A stretch of DNA of 64,000 nt from a bacterium (GCA_963676395.1 OY781066.1:1376001-1440000), one strand, 5' to 3'; shown: positions 30,776 through 41,947, counted from the stretch's first letter. Program-made: numbers and translations. Notes: generated by a model from the letters alone, not told the origin.

Positions 30776-32188
30776 ATGTTAGGTAAAAAAACTGACCCGA
30801 AGGAGTTGCAGGACGCTCTCTTTCTTAATCGAGAAAATGCCTGGGACCATATTCCCGAAGCCCAACTAAAGGCACTTGAAACATATATGAACGCTTACCG
30901 GGATTTTTTGGATTTTGGTAAAACGGAACGCGAATCGGTTGATACTGCTATTGAGATTCTGGAAAAAGCCGGTTACAGGGATATTCGTAAAACAAAAGAA
31001 ACTAAAAAAGTTTATTACAATCATTACGGTCGCGCAGTAGCTATCTTTCGTCAAGGTACGGGTCCGATCGAGAAGAATCTTAAGATCCTAGTGGCTCATA
31101 TTGATTCTCCTCGTTTAGATCTAAAACAGTATCCATTATATGAAGATGAAGAGATTGCTATGCTTAAGACTCACTATTATGGTGGTATTAAAAAGTATCA
31201 GTGGGTATCGCGTCCTTTAGCCTTACACGGTGTGATCGCTTTCCCGGATGGGACAGTAAATCCTATCGTGATCGGTGAAGACGATGATGATCCGGTCTTT
31301 ACTATTTCTGACCTTTTACCTCACCTTGCAGGTAAAGCTCAAATGGGCAAAAAAGCCAATGAATTCATTCCTGCGGAAAAACTGAATATTCTTGTGGGTG
31401 GTAAGCCTTTTACCGAAGATAAAGATCTTAAAGATCGTGTTAAGCTGAATGTTCTTTCATTATTAAATGAAACTTACGGTATTACCGAAAAAGATTTTGT
31501 TTCGGCTGATTTGGAGATCGTTCCTGCGGGTAAAGCCCGCGAAGTTGGTTTGGACCGTGCATTTATCGGTGCTTACGGTCAGGACGATCGTGTTTGTTCT
31601 TTTGCTTCAATGCAGGCTGTGATCAATGCTGAGGAAAGTGAATCTAACACATTGGTTTTGCTTCTTGATAAAGAAGAGATCGGTTCCGAAGGTGCCGCCG
31701 GTGCAAATACCGTGATTGCGGAATTGGTGCTTGGTTATATCCTTGCTCGTCATGACTTGGACAAGAGTGGCGTGGTTCGTCGCATGCTGGCAAATGCGAA
31801 ATGTTTGTCTGCTGATGTTAATGCGGGTGTGCATCCCGACTGGAAAGAAGTTCACGAACTTCGTAATGCTGGCTATATAAACGGGGGGTTGGTACTGTCT
31901 AAATTCACGGGTGTACGTGGTAAAGGCGGTTCCAATGAAGCTTCAGCTGAATATGTGGCTCACTTAAGAAGAATTTTTGATGACAGTGGAATCATTTGGC
32001 GTATTGCCGAGCTGGGTAAAACCGACGAAGGTGGCGGTGGAACTATTGCTAAATTTATGTCTTATTATTGCATGAATGTTATTGATGCCGGTGTTTCTGT
32101 TCTTGATATGCATTCACCGTTTGAGATTACATCTAAAGCGGATATCTGGATGATGTATAAAGGATTTAAAGCCTTTTTAGAGGATTAA
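30776..32188 (+). CDS. M18 family aminopeptidase
   Basis: AHIDSPRLDLK, GQDDRVC, KEEIGS, MHSPFE. Confidence 0.92.
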   Translation: MLGKKTDPKELQDALFLNRENAWDHIPEAQLKALETYMNAYRDFLDFGKTERESVDTAIEILEKAGYRDIRKTKETKKVYYNHYGRAVAIFRQGTGPIEKNLKILVAHIDSPRLDLKQYPLYEDEEIAMLKTHYYGGIKKYQWVSRPLALHGVIAFPDGTVNPIVIGEDDDDPVFTISDLLPHLAGKAQMGKKANEFIPAEKLNILVGGKPFTEDKDLKDRVKLNVLSLLNETYGITEKDFVSADLEIVPAGKAREVGLDRAFIGAYGQDDRVCSFASMQAVINAEESESNTLVLLLDKEEIGSEGAAGANTVIAELVLGYILARHDLDKSGVVRRMLANAKCLSADVNAGVHPDWKEVHELRNAGYINGGLVLSKFTGVRGKGGSNEASAEYVAHLRRIFDDSGIIWRIAELGKTDEGGGGTIAKFMSYYCMNVIDAGVSVLDMHSPFEITSKADIWMMYKGFKAFLED

Positions 32189-32462
32189 ATATCAAAGTTT
32201 GTTGCTCTGCTTATTGTTTCACTTTCCATTGGTGGATGGAATTAACCTTACCGATATTAAAGACATTATATTAAAATGGAAGTAAGGTATGGTCATGAAG
32301 TCTAAGTGTTGTTATGCTTATGTGCATTATGGCCAAGAAGGAAAGTATCGAGATCGGATCTTCTGGTGAGACCGAAGGTGGTATCTTAAACAGATAAACC
32401 AACTATTTGCTTGAAAGAAGAAAAGAGAAGTAGACTCAAAACTATTAAAACGAGGTTTGATA

Positions 32463-32825
32463 ATGAAAAGAGCACTGGTAGTTTTACTTGTAATGTTTTC
32501 GCTTGCATCCGCTGAAATTCTAGTAATGGGTGTTGATTTAGATACCATAGAAAAACACTATATTAAAGTTAGTATTGGTGCAGGGTTTACTACTAAGATC
32601 TTTGCCTATGTCGATTATGGTCAAGGTGGCTTAGCACGAAACCACGCGGTTATTTCGCGTAGTGGTGGAAAAATGAAATTTGATTCTGAAATTCATGTTT
32701 TAAACCATTTTTATGATCACGGCTGGGAACTTAAAGCAGCTGTTTCAGAACCTCATGGCGGTTCCGGAGAAAGTTCGATAAGCGCTAATACTTATTATAT
32801 CCTTGAACGTATGGATAAGAAATAG
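32463..32825 (+). CDS. Small secreted hypothetical protein
   Basis: Signal peptide; VDYGQ..LNHFYDHGWEL. Confidence 0.7.
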   Translation: MKRALVVLLVMFSLASAEILVMGVDLDTIEKHYIKVSIGAGFTTKIFAYVDYGQGGLARNHAVISRSGGKMKFDSEIHVLNHFYDHGWELKAAVSEPHGGSGESSISANTYYILERMDKK

Positions 32826-32837
32826 AAAGGAGTAAAT

Positions 32838-34301
32838 ATGAAACGCTTCACGACTTTACTTCTGTTAATTCTGCTGGTTTTAGCCGGTTGTTCTTCGAAT
32901 ACGGCGGATATAATAATTTTACATTGGAATGATTTTCATTCACATAACATTACTTGGAAACCTACGCATCACAATAAAGCCGGTCATACGGTTGGAGGTT
33001 ATGCCGTGCTTGATGCTTACTTGGATTCTTTAGTAAAAGTGTATCCGGGCGCGCTTAAGATAAATGCCGGTGATGATTTTCAGGGTTCACCTATTTCATC
33101 AATGACCAAGGGGTATTCGCAGATTGAACTGTTGAATGCCGTTCAGCCGGATTTTTTTACCATTGGAAATCATGAGTTTGATTATGGCTGGAAAAATCTT
33201 GATTCATTAAGAATGAATGAAGCAAAATTTATGATGTATGCCGCTAACTTGCTTGATAGTGAAACCGGAGAGTCTTTGGTTCCTCAGTTTCGTATTTTTA
33301 CGCGTGATGGCTATACGTTTGCCATGATCGGGATTACCACACCTCATTTAAGCGAGCTGACCCTTCCCAAGAATTTAGAAGGTCTTACTGTCGCTGATCC
33401 TGCCGAAACGGTCAAAAAGATCATGAAAAAACTTGAAGGTCGTAATATTGACTTGTTTGTGGTCGTATCACATATGGGTATTGGTTCGGATAAAAAACTG
33501 GCTAGAGAAGTTCCCGAAATTGATCTGATTATAGGTGGCCATTCTCATACCTATCTTAAAAAAGCTGTGAATGAGAATGGTGTTTGGATCGTGCAGGCAA
33601 ATGATCATGGACGCTATATTGGTGTGACCAACTTTCATGTTGAGCATGGTGAGATCACTGAGCTCGAAATGGATTACGTGGAAACCGTTATTGGAAACAT
33701 AAAACCGTCCAAAGATGTAGCCAAGATCGTTATCCGTCAGGAGGCTGCTTTGGTTGAAGTCATGGACGAAGTCATTGGTGAATTAAAAACACCATGGACA
33801 CGTAGAGGTGATGAAACTAATCTGGGTAATTGGATCGCAGATGCTTTTAAAGAAAAAACCGGTGCCGATATTGCTATGATGAATAATGGCGGTATCCGAA
33901 AAGATTTGGCGGCAGGACCTATTAAAGTGCGTGATATTTGGGAGATATCTCCTTTTGGAAATACACTGGTAACCTTTGAATGGACAGGTGAGGAATTGCT
34001 GGAAGCCTTGGATAATTTGGCTAAAGGTGGTCGCTCAATGCAAGTTTCGGGTATTAATATGGTACTTGAAAATCGTAAAGGACTGATTTCTGCTGATGTT
34101 GATGGTGAAGAGATTGATCCCTCCGCTATGTATACTATTTGCATGAACAATTATTCGGCTTCTCAGGGTAAAAAGTATTTTGGCTTAGAAATTAAGGATA
34201 TGACGATAACCGGATTGGTGGACAGAGATGTACTTCTTGAAGAGATTCGTAAAAACCCCAAGATTGACTCAAAAATCGAAGGAAGGCTAATAATTAAATG
34301 A
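32838..34301 (+). CDS. 5'-nucleotidase/UDP-sugar hydrolase family lipoprotein
   Basis: NDFHS, AGDDFQG, GNHEFD, GGHSH, NNGGIR; lipobox LAGC. Confidence 0.92.
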   Translation: MKRFTTLLLLILLVLAGCSSNTADIIILHWNDFHSHNITWKPTHHNKAGHTVGGYAVLDAYLDSLVKVYPGALKINAGDDFQGSPISSMTKGYSQIELLNAVQPDFFTIGNHEFDYGWKNLDSLRMNEAKFMMYAANLLDSETGESLVPQFRIFTRDGYTFAMIGITTPHLSELTLPKNLEGLTVADPAETVKKIMKKLEGRNIDLFVVVSHMGIGSDKKLAREVPEIDLIIGGHSHTYLKKAVNENGVWIVQANDHGRYIGVTNFHVEHGEITELEMDYVETVIGNIKPSKDVAKIVIRQEAALVEVMDEVIGELKTPWTRRGDETNLGNWIADAFKEKTGADIAMMNNGGIRKDLAAGPIKVRDIWEISPFGNTLVTFEWTGEELLEALDNLAKGGRSMQVSGINMVLENRKGLISADVDGEEIDPSAMYTICMNNYSASQGKKYFGLEIKDMTITGLVDRDVLLEEIRKNPKIDSKIEGRLIIK

Positions 34302-35147
34302 AAAAACTGATTATTTTGATCATAACATTGATGATATTGTTTTCTTGCCAGCAGATGATCATGGCACCCGAAACCGATACTGCGGATCTGAGGGATGATG
34401 TATTTTCATCAGAAGGTGATGAAGTACCCTTGTATGTTCTACCTAAGCGAATTTCATTCGATGAGTTCCATCGGGCGATTCCTATTCCTGAAACAACTGA
34501 GGTATTGCAAGGGACGTTTAATGAAGCCGCAGTGGGAACTTTTATTGCGAAATATACGCAACCCGATCTGCTGGATACGCTTGATGGTTATGTAACAGAC
34601 AATCAGGCTTTTTTTGATCAGGTCTTGGAGCCGGCTATTGCTCCTTATCTGGATTCTTTAAAATCTTTGCAGAAATATCAAGCTTTAAATGCTTTAGCTT
34701 TATTTATTTATGAAAGCTATCAGGATTTTATTGGCGATAGTTTCTATCGCTGGGGAGGTGATATTACAGATAGGGACCAACCACAGCCTTTAGGACATAC
34801 TCGTTCAAACAGACGCTATGGTATGGATTGCTCCGGTTTTGGAGCGTCACCTTATGAAGTTGCCGTGCAGTTGGAGATATTGGATTCGACAGATGTTGAA
34901 GCGGCTTTTTCATGGATGGGGTTTAAGTATATCTGTGATCATAATGAGTCGGTTTCCGATGGTGGAGGTCGAAATAAACGGAGATCTGTATTTTCTTGAA
35001 TCAGGTGGTTCGACCGTAAACGAAGATGGATTATATACACCTTATCGGGCAAAGGAAGCCTTGACTGATTTTGCCGGTGGACGCACAACAACTATTCTGA
35101 GATGTTTGCCTGATAAAGTGGAAACATCCGGAATTGTTCATTATTAA
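34298..35147 (+). pseudogene. NlpC/P60-like lipoprotein, apparently frameshifted or internally deleted near 34970
   Basis: Lipobox LFSC; YRWGG..GMDCSGF; stop at 34999; a second frame reads VEINGDLYFLESGG..ILRCL to 35147. Confidence 0.6.
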
Positions 35148-35209
35148 TTATTGTAAAGACGCAAGATTTTATGTTTTTATAGATCCAATATTAAAATACG
35201 AGGTAAAAT

Positions 35210-37084
35210 ATGAATAATGCTTTCCGCAATCGGTCTTTGTTTGGTACAGGGCTGATATTGATCATTCTTTTGTTAATTTCTTCTTGCTCAACTCCGCAAA
35301 CTCAAAACATTAAGTTTGCTTTTCTTGCAGATACGCATATCGGTACTTCTACGGGAGCAAGTGATCTTCGGAATTCTGTTAAAGATATTAACGCTATGGA
35401 TAATATTGATTTTGTTGTGTTGGCTGGTGATGCAACTGAATACGATCTTGCGAGTGAACTGGATACGGTCAAGGCGATCATGAGTCAGCTTGATATACCG
35501 TATCATATTATTCCCGGAAATCATGAGCTTAAATGGTCAGCATCCGGAGGTGAAAAATTTAAAAAGTTATTTGGTGATGATAAATTTAATATCGAGTACG
35601 GCGGATATCGATTTATTGGTGTCAATCAGGGACCACTTATGCGTATGGGAGAAGGCTTTATTGCTCGAGAAGATCTGGATTGGGTGCAAACACAGCTAAA
35701 GGAAATGCCAAAAGGCCAACCTGTGTTTTTTATAACACATTATCCTATTAATAATACTGTAACGAACTCTTATGACTTTCTTGAGATTATAAAGCATTAT
35801 AATGTTCAAGGCATATTTCATGGTCATGGTCACAGTAATCAGCACAATGATTATTCGGATGTGACCGGGATCATGGGGCGCTCAAATTTGAGTCGTAGTA
35901 AAGCCGGTGGATATAATATCGTTAGTATCTTTCAAGATACGATGACCTGGGCTGAACGTCGTCCTGTAGAAAAAGAAACACTTGAAACATGGCTGACTAT
36001 ACCTTTAGAGAAATTTACATACACCGATTCACATGATAAACTTATGCCTGATATGTCAGTAAATGATGAATACACGCAGATAGAAAAAGCGTGGGAATAT
36101 GATTCGCATTTTTCTATTACCGCGGCAGTGGCTAAGTCCGGAGATATGATCATATTCGGGAACCGCTCAGGAAAAGTGATAGCACTTGATTCTGAGACAG
36201 GTAAAAAAGTATGGATGTTCGAAAGTCGGGGCCCTGTATTTACAGAACCTGAGGTCGTTGGTGATAAGGTTTATGTGACATCGACAGATTCAAGTATTTA
36301 TTGTTTAAATGTCCAAACCGGAGAAAAGATTTGGAAGCACAAAACAAAAGCTGCCTTGGTTTCACATCCCATGGTTTATGATAATACGGTGTATTTTGGT
36401 GGTTCGGACATGAAATTCCGTGCGCTTAATGCTACAAACGGAAAGCTTGTTTGGGATTTTATGCCGATTAAAAAATATGTGGAATCGAAACCATTATATG
36501 CTGAGGGAAAGGTTATATTTGGGTCATGGGATACTTATCTTTATGCTTTGGATGCCAAAACCGGAGCACTTGCCTGGATGTGGCAGGGACCTAAAAAATG
36601 GACCATGTATTCTCCGGCAGTTGTTGAGCCGGTTTACGCAAACGGTAAGGTATTTGTGGTTGCACCGGATCGCGTTATGTCAGCTATTGATATCGAAACC
36701 GGTCAAACCGTTTGGCGTTCAGATAATTTTAAAGTACGTGAAAATATCAGTTTATCCGAAGACGGCAGTACGGTTTTTGCAAAAACCATGTGGGATATTG
36801 TTTGTGCGGTTAGCACCGAAGGCGATAAAGCGGAGACCGTTTGGAGTAGCGAAATTGGTTATGGCTTTGATATCGATCCCTCTTTCCCTGTTGATGTTGA
36901 TGGAGTCGTCTATGTAACCACCCAATTTGGCTATGTATTTGGACTGGATCGTGAAACGGGAAAGATTCTGTGGAAACATCGCATAGGGGCTAATTTATTG
37001 AATACACCCGTCATTGATGGCGATGCGATGTATATTTCGGGTATGGATGGCAAGGTGACAAAACTTGTGAGATCTAAGATCTAA
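35210..37084 (+). CDS. Calcineurin-like metallophosphoesterase fused to PQQ-like beta-propeller, lipoprotein
   Basis: DTH, GD, GNHE, HGHGH; repeated ALDxxTGKxxW. Confidence 0.88.
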   Translation: MNNAFRNRSLFGTGLILIILLLISSCSTPQTQNIKFAFLADTHIGTSTGASDLRNSVKDINAMDNIDFVVLAGDATEYDLASELDTVKAIMSQLDIPYHIIPGNHELKWSASGGEKFKKLFGDDKFNIEYGGYRFIGVNQGPLMRMGEGFIAREDLDWVQTQLKEMPKGQPVFFITHYPINNTVTNSYDFLEIIKHYNVQGIFHGHGHSNQHNDYSDVTGIMGRSNLSRSKAGGYNIVSIFQDTMTWAERRPVEKETLETWLTIPLEKFTYTDSHDKLMPDMSVNDEYTQIEKAWEYDSHFSITAAVAKSGDMIIFGNRSGKVIALDSETGKKVWMFESRGPVFTEPEVVGDKVYVTSTDSSIYCLNVQTGEKIWKHKTKAALVSHPMVYDNTVYFGGSDMKFRALNATNGKLVWDFMPIKKYVESKPLYAEGKVIFGSWDTYLYALDAKTGALAWMWQGPKKWTMYSPAVVEPVYANGKVFVVAPDRVMSAIDIETGQTVWRSDNFKVRENISLSEDGSTVFAKTMWDIVCAVSTEGDKAETVWSSEIGYGFDIDPSFPVDVDGVVYVTTQFGYVFGLDRETGKILWKHRIGANLLNTPVIDGDAMYISGMDGKVTKLVRSKI

Positions 37085-37117
37085 GTAGCGCGTAACGAAT
37101 AAATAATAGCAGTATAT

Positions 37118-37148
37118 GGGGAGCGGCCACGACCGCTCCCTTTTTTTT
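37118..37148 (+). terminator. Intrinsic terminator
   Basis: gggagcgg..ccgctccc followed by T8. Confidence 0.8.
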
Positions 37149-37379
37149 GTGTGTCTGTAAAAACAAAAATATGTGTAAAAAATATGATGTTTCACTCTTC
37201 TATAAATAGAAAGCGTATTGTCAATTATTAAGCAATAATGCGCCATAAAATAACGAAAAACAGTACAATACTGTTATGTAAAACCAATCAATTGCATGTT
37301 TATGCATTTTGTAACACTAATAAAAACAATAAGTTAAATTATTTATTATAAAAAAAGATGATTTAATTTATTTTTTTTC

Positions 37380-37420
37380 TTGTAAGTATTCCGTATTGGT
37401 GTTATACTTATGTAGAACAC
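37380..37420 (+). promoter_or_regulatory. Sigma70-type promoter overlapped by a YtrA-type operator palindrome
   Basis: TTGTAA-N17-TATACT with extended TG; GTGTTATA-N6-TAGAACAC at 37399-37420. Confidence 0.72.
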
Positions 37421-37456
37421 TGGAATAGAAGTGTTATAAAACCAGAAAGAGAACAC

Positions 37457-37825
37457 ATGAGTATTAACTTCAACAGTTCAAAACCTATATACCTCCAATT
37501 GGCCGATCTCATTAGAGAATCGATCATGTCCGGGGCGCTCAAAAGCGGAGAAGCTATCCCCTCCGTGCGCCAGCTGTCCGCTGAGTATAGATTAAACCCC
37601 CAGACTATTTTAAACGCCACACAGCTTCTTGTTAATGAGGGTTTACTCGAAAAGCAGCGCGGACGGGGTTACTTCGTCACCGATCCGGCACAGGATGTCT
37701 TAACCGAATCCGCTGTTATCGAATTTGAAGATGTGACCATCCCGGACATGATCAAACAGGCCAAAATGCTAAACATAACAGAAGATCAACTGTGTAAAAT
37801 GATCAAAAAACAATTTATTAAATAG
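37457..37825 (+). CDS. GntR family regulator, YtrA subfamily
   Basis: KPIYLQL, PSVRQL, RGRGYFV; 122 aa; upstream of an ABC ATPase. Confidence 0.92.
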   Translation: MSINFNSSKPIYLQLADLIRESIMSGALKSGEAIPSVRQLSAEYRLNPQTILNATQLLVNEGLLEKQRGRGYFVTDPAQDVLTESAVIEFEDVTIPDMIKQAKMLNITEDQLCKMIKKQFIK

Positions 37826-38178
37826 TCAACGGAGAGACATAATAATGAAAACCACTATCAACTATCGTCATCATCTATCCATTCGTGCTATTCGTGGATA
37901 AAAGGGATGAAGGGAGTGAGTTGAAGCGCATCATGGGACGAAAAAAGAAAAAGAATGAAAGGGACTAAAATGAATAACAACAATCTTATTAAACGCCATA
38001 ATCGCTCAATGACCTATGTAAGAGCCATGTCAATTCGAATTGTTAAACCTGTTAAATAAACTTATGTCGTCAATTGGTGTTCTGTAATCAAATACGATTG
38101 TTTATGGCGATGTAGGGAATGCTTGAGACTACTCCATAAAATGAGAATTACCTAAGCTAAATAAAGAAGCAAAGAGAA

Positions 38179-38415
38179 ATGAAAACGATAACAAATCCCA
38201 AAGCAATGATGAGCAACTGTCTGCCGGCAGAAATTCCGTGTATGCGCGTGTTGCGCCCGGGAATGGATCAAATGGGTAAAGAATTGGAAAAGCAGATCGA
38301 GGCTCACAAAAATACACTGTATTTTGCTGGCCAAATGATTGCAGAGGGGAAACGTACAAGAACTACACATAAGAAAGAAAGCTTTACTCAAATTACAATG
38401 ATGAGCTATTTATAA
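38179..38415 (+). CDS. Small hypothetical protein
   Basis: 78 aa, ends 13 nt before the ABC ATPase start. Confidence 0.45.
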   Translation: MKTITNPKAMMSNCLPAEIPCMRVLRPGMDQMGKELEKQIEAHKNTLYFAGQMIAEGKRTRTTHKKESFTQITMMSYL

Positions 38416-38428
38416 ACAAGGACGAGAA

Positions 38429-39277
38429 ATGGAAAATTATATCTCAATTAAGAATTTATCAAAAAATTACAAACATGTCGAAGCCCTCAGAAATGTGGAT
38501 TTGGATATTCCCAAGGGAAGGATTGTCGGACTCATGGGTAAAAATGGTGCCGGAAAATCTACTCTTTTGAAATGTATGTTGGGGATGCTGAAATATGAAG
38601 GTGAAGTGGATATGTTTGGAAAAGATATTCGCGAATGGCAACATGAATTATATGGTCGTGTGGCTTTTATTCCGGACGTAAGCGGTTTGGATCCACGCCT
38701 GACAGTTAATGAAACGATAGATTATGTCGCAGCTGTGAACGAAAGTTGGAACTGGAATAAATCCAAGCGACTTTTTGCTCAAAGCGAATTGCCTTGCGAT
38801 CAGAAAGTCGGTACTTTGTCTAAAGGTATGAAAACAAAGCTTTATCTTTTATTAACGCTTTCGAAAGATGTTGATATTTTACTTCTTGATGAGCCGACAT
38901 TGGGTTTAGATATTGTTTTTCGCAAAGAATTTTATGACCTGCTTTTGGGTGAGTTTTACAATGAAGATAAAACTGTGATTATATCAACTCATCAGGTTGC
39001 CGAAGTTGAGAATATTCTTCAGGATGTGATTTTTATTGACGAAGGTCGTGTTCTTTTAAATTCATCGGTTGAAGAATTGAAAAGCAAATGGCAGGTATAT
39101 GAAGTGCCCGGTGATAAAGAAGAACAACTAAAAGCATGTAATCCTGCAGTAATTACAAAATCTCTAGGACATTTTCGAGCATTGCTTGAAGGAGAAGTTA
39201 AAATTGAGGGTGCAAAAGCGACCGTACCCGGATTGGCAGATATTTTTATTGCACTAACTCAGGGGAAAAAGGGATAA
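38429..39277 (+). CDS. ABC transporter ATP-binding protein (YtrB-like)
   Basis: GKNGAGKS, LSKGM, LLDEPTLGLD. Confidence 0.92.
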   Translation: MENYISIKNLSKNYKHVEALRNVDLDIPKGRIVGLMGKNGAGKSTLLKCMLGMLKYEGEVDMFGKDIREWQHELYGRVAFIPDVSGLDPRLTVNETIDYVAAVNESWNWNKSKRLFAQSELPCDQKVGTLSKGMKTKLYLLLTLSKDVDILLLDEPTLGLDIVFRKEFYDLLLGEFYNEDKTVIISTHQVAEVENILQDVIFIDEGRVLLNSSVEELKSKWQVYEVPGDKEEQLKACNPAVITKSLGHFRALLEGEVKIEGAKATVPGLADIFIALTQGKKG

Positions 39278-39280
39278 AAA

Positions 39281-40108
39281 ATGATAACTTTATTAACATT
39301 GTTAAAAACAGAATATCTTAAACGTAAAAAGTCATACTGGACACCGGTTTGGGTCATCGCGGGAATCGTTGGCGGCGCACTATTGATCGGATTAATTGCA
39401 TCACTTGTCAATACGACAGACATTCAAGTAAATTTGATGGACTTTTCTTTTGATTACGAAGATATGCAAGAAGGAATGAGAGTGGGGGCGTTCGGATCAA
39501 TGATCCTTGTGTTGTTTGTGTTTTGGATAGCTATGCTTGTTAATGCTCCCAGTTCACTTTCTAAAGAAAAACAACTTGGATGTGATCTTTTTTATCGTTG
39601 TCAGTCGGTAAATATTTGGTTAAGTACCTTAGCAAAATATATCATGCATGTTTATGCCAGTATTATTTTGGTAATAGGTGTTGGAATAATTTATGTTTTT
39701 ATCGTGGCTGTTGTTTCGTCATTGACAATGGGTGGATTTTACCTGGGTTCTTCAATGCTGGGATTACTGATGTCCATTGTAATTTATCTAAAGGTTTGTC
39801 TTGTTTTTGGTTCTCTCTTTTTTCTATTCTCATCCATATTTAAGAACAATGGTTTGTTAAAAGGCTTGATCTTTCTTGGCTTAATTGATGGTGTTTTCTT
39901 TTTGATTGAACAACTTTTTAGAAATACCGTTGACATGCCAAGTGTTTATAAATTCTTAGGCTCTTTGCTTGGAAACGTAAACATGGAAGATGCTCCAAGA
40001 TTGGGAGAAATGATCTGGGATGTTAAATTTCTTGTCGCTTTCCTATTCGCAGGTGCGTGCTATGTGGGAGCTACTTTAATCTATAAAAAACAAACGACGG
40101 AAGCTTAG
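39281..40108 (+). CDS. ABC-2 type permease
   Basis: About 6 TM; directly after the ATPase. Confidence 0.75.
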   Translation: MITLLTLLKTEYLKRKKSYWTPVWVIAGIVGGALLIGLIASLVNTTDIQVNLMDFSFDYEDMQEGMRVGAFGSMILVLFVFWIAMLVNAPSSLSKEKQLGCDLFYRCQSVNIWLSTLAKYIMHVYASIILVIGVGIIYVFIVAVVSSLTMGGFYLGSSMLGLLMSIVIYLKVCLVFGSLFFLFSSIFKNNGLLKGLIFLGLIDGVFFLIEQLFRNTVDMPSVYKFLGSLLGNVNMEDAPRLGEMIWDVKFLVAFLFAGACYVGATLIYKKQTTEA

Positions 40109-40117
40109 GAGAATAAA

Positions 40118-41020
40118 ATGAAAAAGAGTAAAATTATTTTAGCTTTATTATTGGTATTGATTGGTAGGGCTTTTGCAAAGTATATTGTTGCAACAGGTCC
40201 CGAAGTAATGGAAGAGTTTAATGTTAAAAATATTGATGTTCTTGATGTACGCTCACAGATTGATGTTTATTTGACGCAAGGTAACAAAGAAGAAGTTGTT
40301 ATTGAGACTTATAAAGGCATTATGCCTTATGTAAAAGTTGAAAAAGTGGGTGGTCGTTTAAATATTTTTCTTGATCGTAAAGTTCATAAGATTAAATGGA
40401 ATGGAAAAGATGAAGTGATCAATGCCTATGTGACCGTTAAGAATCTTGAAAAATTATCGTTATCAGGTGCTTGCGATCTATATATGGATTCTCCGTTCAA
40501 AACAGATGAAATTAAGATAAGTGCCAGTGGCGCTTCAGATTTGGATATTGATAAGATCGTGGGAGAAAGTATTAAGATCATCACCTCTGGTGCATCCGAT
40601 ATTGATAATGCCGATCTGGAAGCTCTTAAAGTATATATTAATGCGAGTGGCGCCAGTGATGGTGACATTAAGGTCGTAGCAGATGTTCTTGATATTATTG
40701 CCTCGGGGGCATCAGATTTTGATATTGATGTAGATGTAAAAGATCTTACCGTTAAAGCTCATGGTGCATCAGATTTTGATGCAACGGGAAGCAGCAAAAC
40801 ATTTGTTATAAATGTGTCTGGTTCTTCTGATATGAGTGCATATGACTTGATAAGTGATACGGTTATCGTAGATGCGTCCGGCTCATCGAATTGTAAGGTA
40901 AATGTTGTAAAGGTAATTGATGCAAACAGCTCAGGCACCTCAACAATCTATTATAAAGGAAAACCCGAAAAGGTCAAGGTTGATGTTTCCGGTGTTTCAT
41001 CAATACGATTTAAGAAATAA
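40118..41020 (+). CDS. DUF2807 (head GIN) beta-helix protein
   Basis: Repeated ASGASD units; C-terminal IYYKGKP. Confidence 0.85.
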   Translation: MKKSKIILALLLVLIGRAFAKYIVATGPEVMEEFNVKNIDVLDVRSQIDVYLTQGNKEEVVIETYKGIMPYVKVEKVGGRLNIFLDRKVHKIKWNGKDEVINAYVTVKNLEKLSLSGACDLYMDSPFKTDEIKISASGASDLDIDKIVGESIKIITSGASDIDNADLEALKVYINASGASDGDIKVVADVLDIIASGASDFDIDVDVKDLTVKAHGASDFDATGSSKTFVINVSGSSDMSAYDLISDTVIVDASGSSNCKVNVVKVIDANSSGTSTIYYKGKPEKVKVDVSGVSSIRFKK

Positions 41021-41046
41021 GGATAAATGTCTGAAAGGGAACAAAA

Positions 41047-41868
41047 ATGAAGAAAATAGTATTAGTGTTATCGGTATTGCTGTTATTTGCCGGATGTGAT
41101 TTTGATAGCAATCGCCTGGAAAGGATCAAAGTAAGTGGAGAAGTGATAAGTATCGAAGATACATTTACCGAATTTAACCAGATTATGGTAGCAGGACCTT
41201 TTGATATCATGCTTGACCCCAATATGTCGCATGGCATTGAGCTTGAAAGTTATGAAAGTCTAATTGACTTATTTAGAGCAGAGGTTCATAATGATATCCT
41301 TATGGTATATATCTTAGATACAACTCGTGCAGATTCTTTTAACTACGGTGAAAGTGATATTTCGGAGTGCGCAATTATGACAGGCGCACGCTTGAAATGG
41401 CCGGAAAACAAAAAAAATCTCAATCTAAAAGTATCATATGAAATGCTTGAAAAAATCACAGCCATCGGTGAATGTTCCATTAAAAGCAAACAAGTTCTCG
41501 AAGGTGATGAATTAGATCTTGAAGTTGCCGGCGCTTTAGATTTTGAAGCGGAATTACTCATGAATACCTTTAATGCTGAAATTGCCGGAGCAGGTAATTT
41601 AAAACTGAAAGGTACAGTAGATACTTTTAATTTAGATTGTGCAGGAGCCGGTACAATAAAAGCATATGAGCTTATTGCGGATCATGTTGATCTTGAGATC
41701 GCAGGTGTATGTAATGCTAAAGTACACGCTCTTGAGCGTCTTGATGCCGAGGTTGCCGGTGTGGGAACTATAAAATATAAAGGATCTCCTTCAATCATAA
41801 ATTATGATAAAGCAGGTTTGGGTTCGCTTAAACCCGCAGAAGATGAAGAAGATAATACAGAAATATGA
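41047..41868 (+). CDS. DUF2807 (head GIN) lipoprotein
   Basis: Lipobox FAGC; repeated AGAG/AGVG; IKYKGSP. Confidence 0.82.
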   Translation: MKKIVLVLSVLLLFAGCDFDSNRLERIKVSGEVISIEDTFTEFNQIMVAGPFDIMLDPNMSHGIELESYESLIDLFRAEVHNDILMVYILDTTRADSFNYGESDISECAIMTGARLKWPENKKNLNLKVSYEMLEKITAIGECSIKSKQVLEGDELDLEVAGALDFEAELLMNTFNAEIAGAGNLKLKGTVDTFNLDCAGAGTIKAYELIADHVDLEIAGVCNAKVHALERLDAEVAGVGTIKYKGSPSIINYDKAGLGSLKPAEDEEDNTEI

Positions 41869-41947
41869 CCATAATTGAAGTAGTGTCGTGGAAGACTTAA
41901 CCTTTACTTTAATTAAAATTGTTAATTTATAATTTTGAGAGGTGACA

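Noticed and set aside
40118..41868. Periodic repeats as a DNA-level array or DGR target
   Set aside because: Explained by DUF2807 beta-helix protein repeats; no reverse transcriptase in the window
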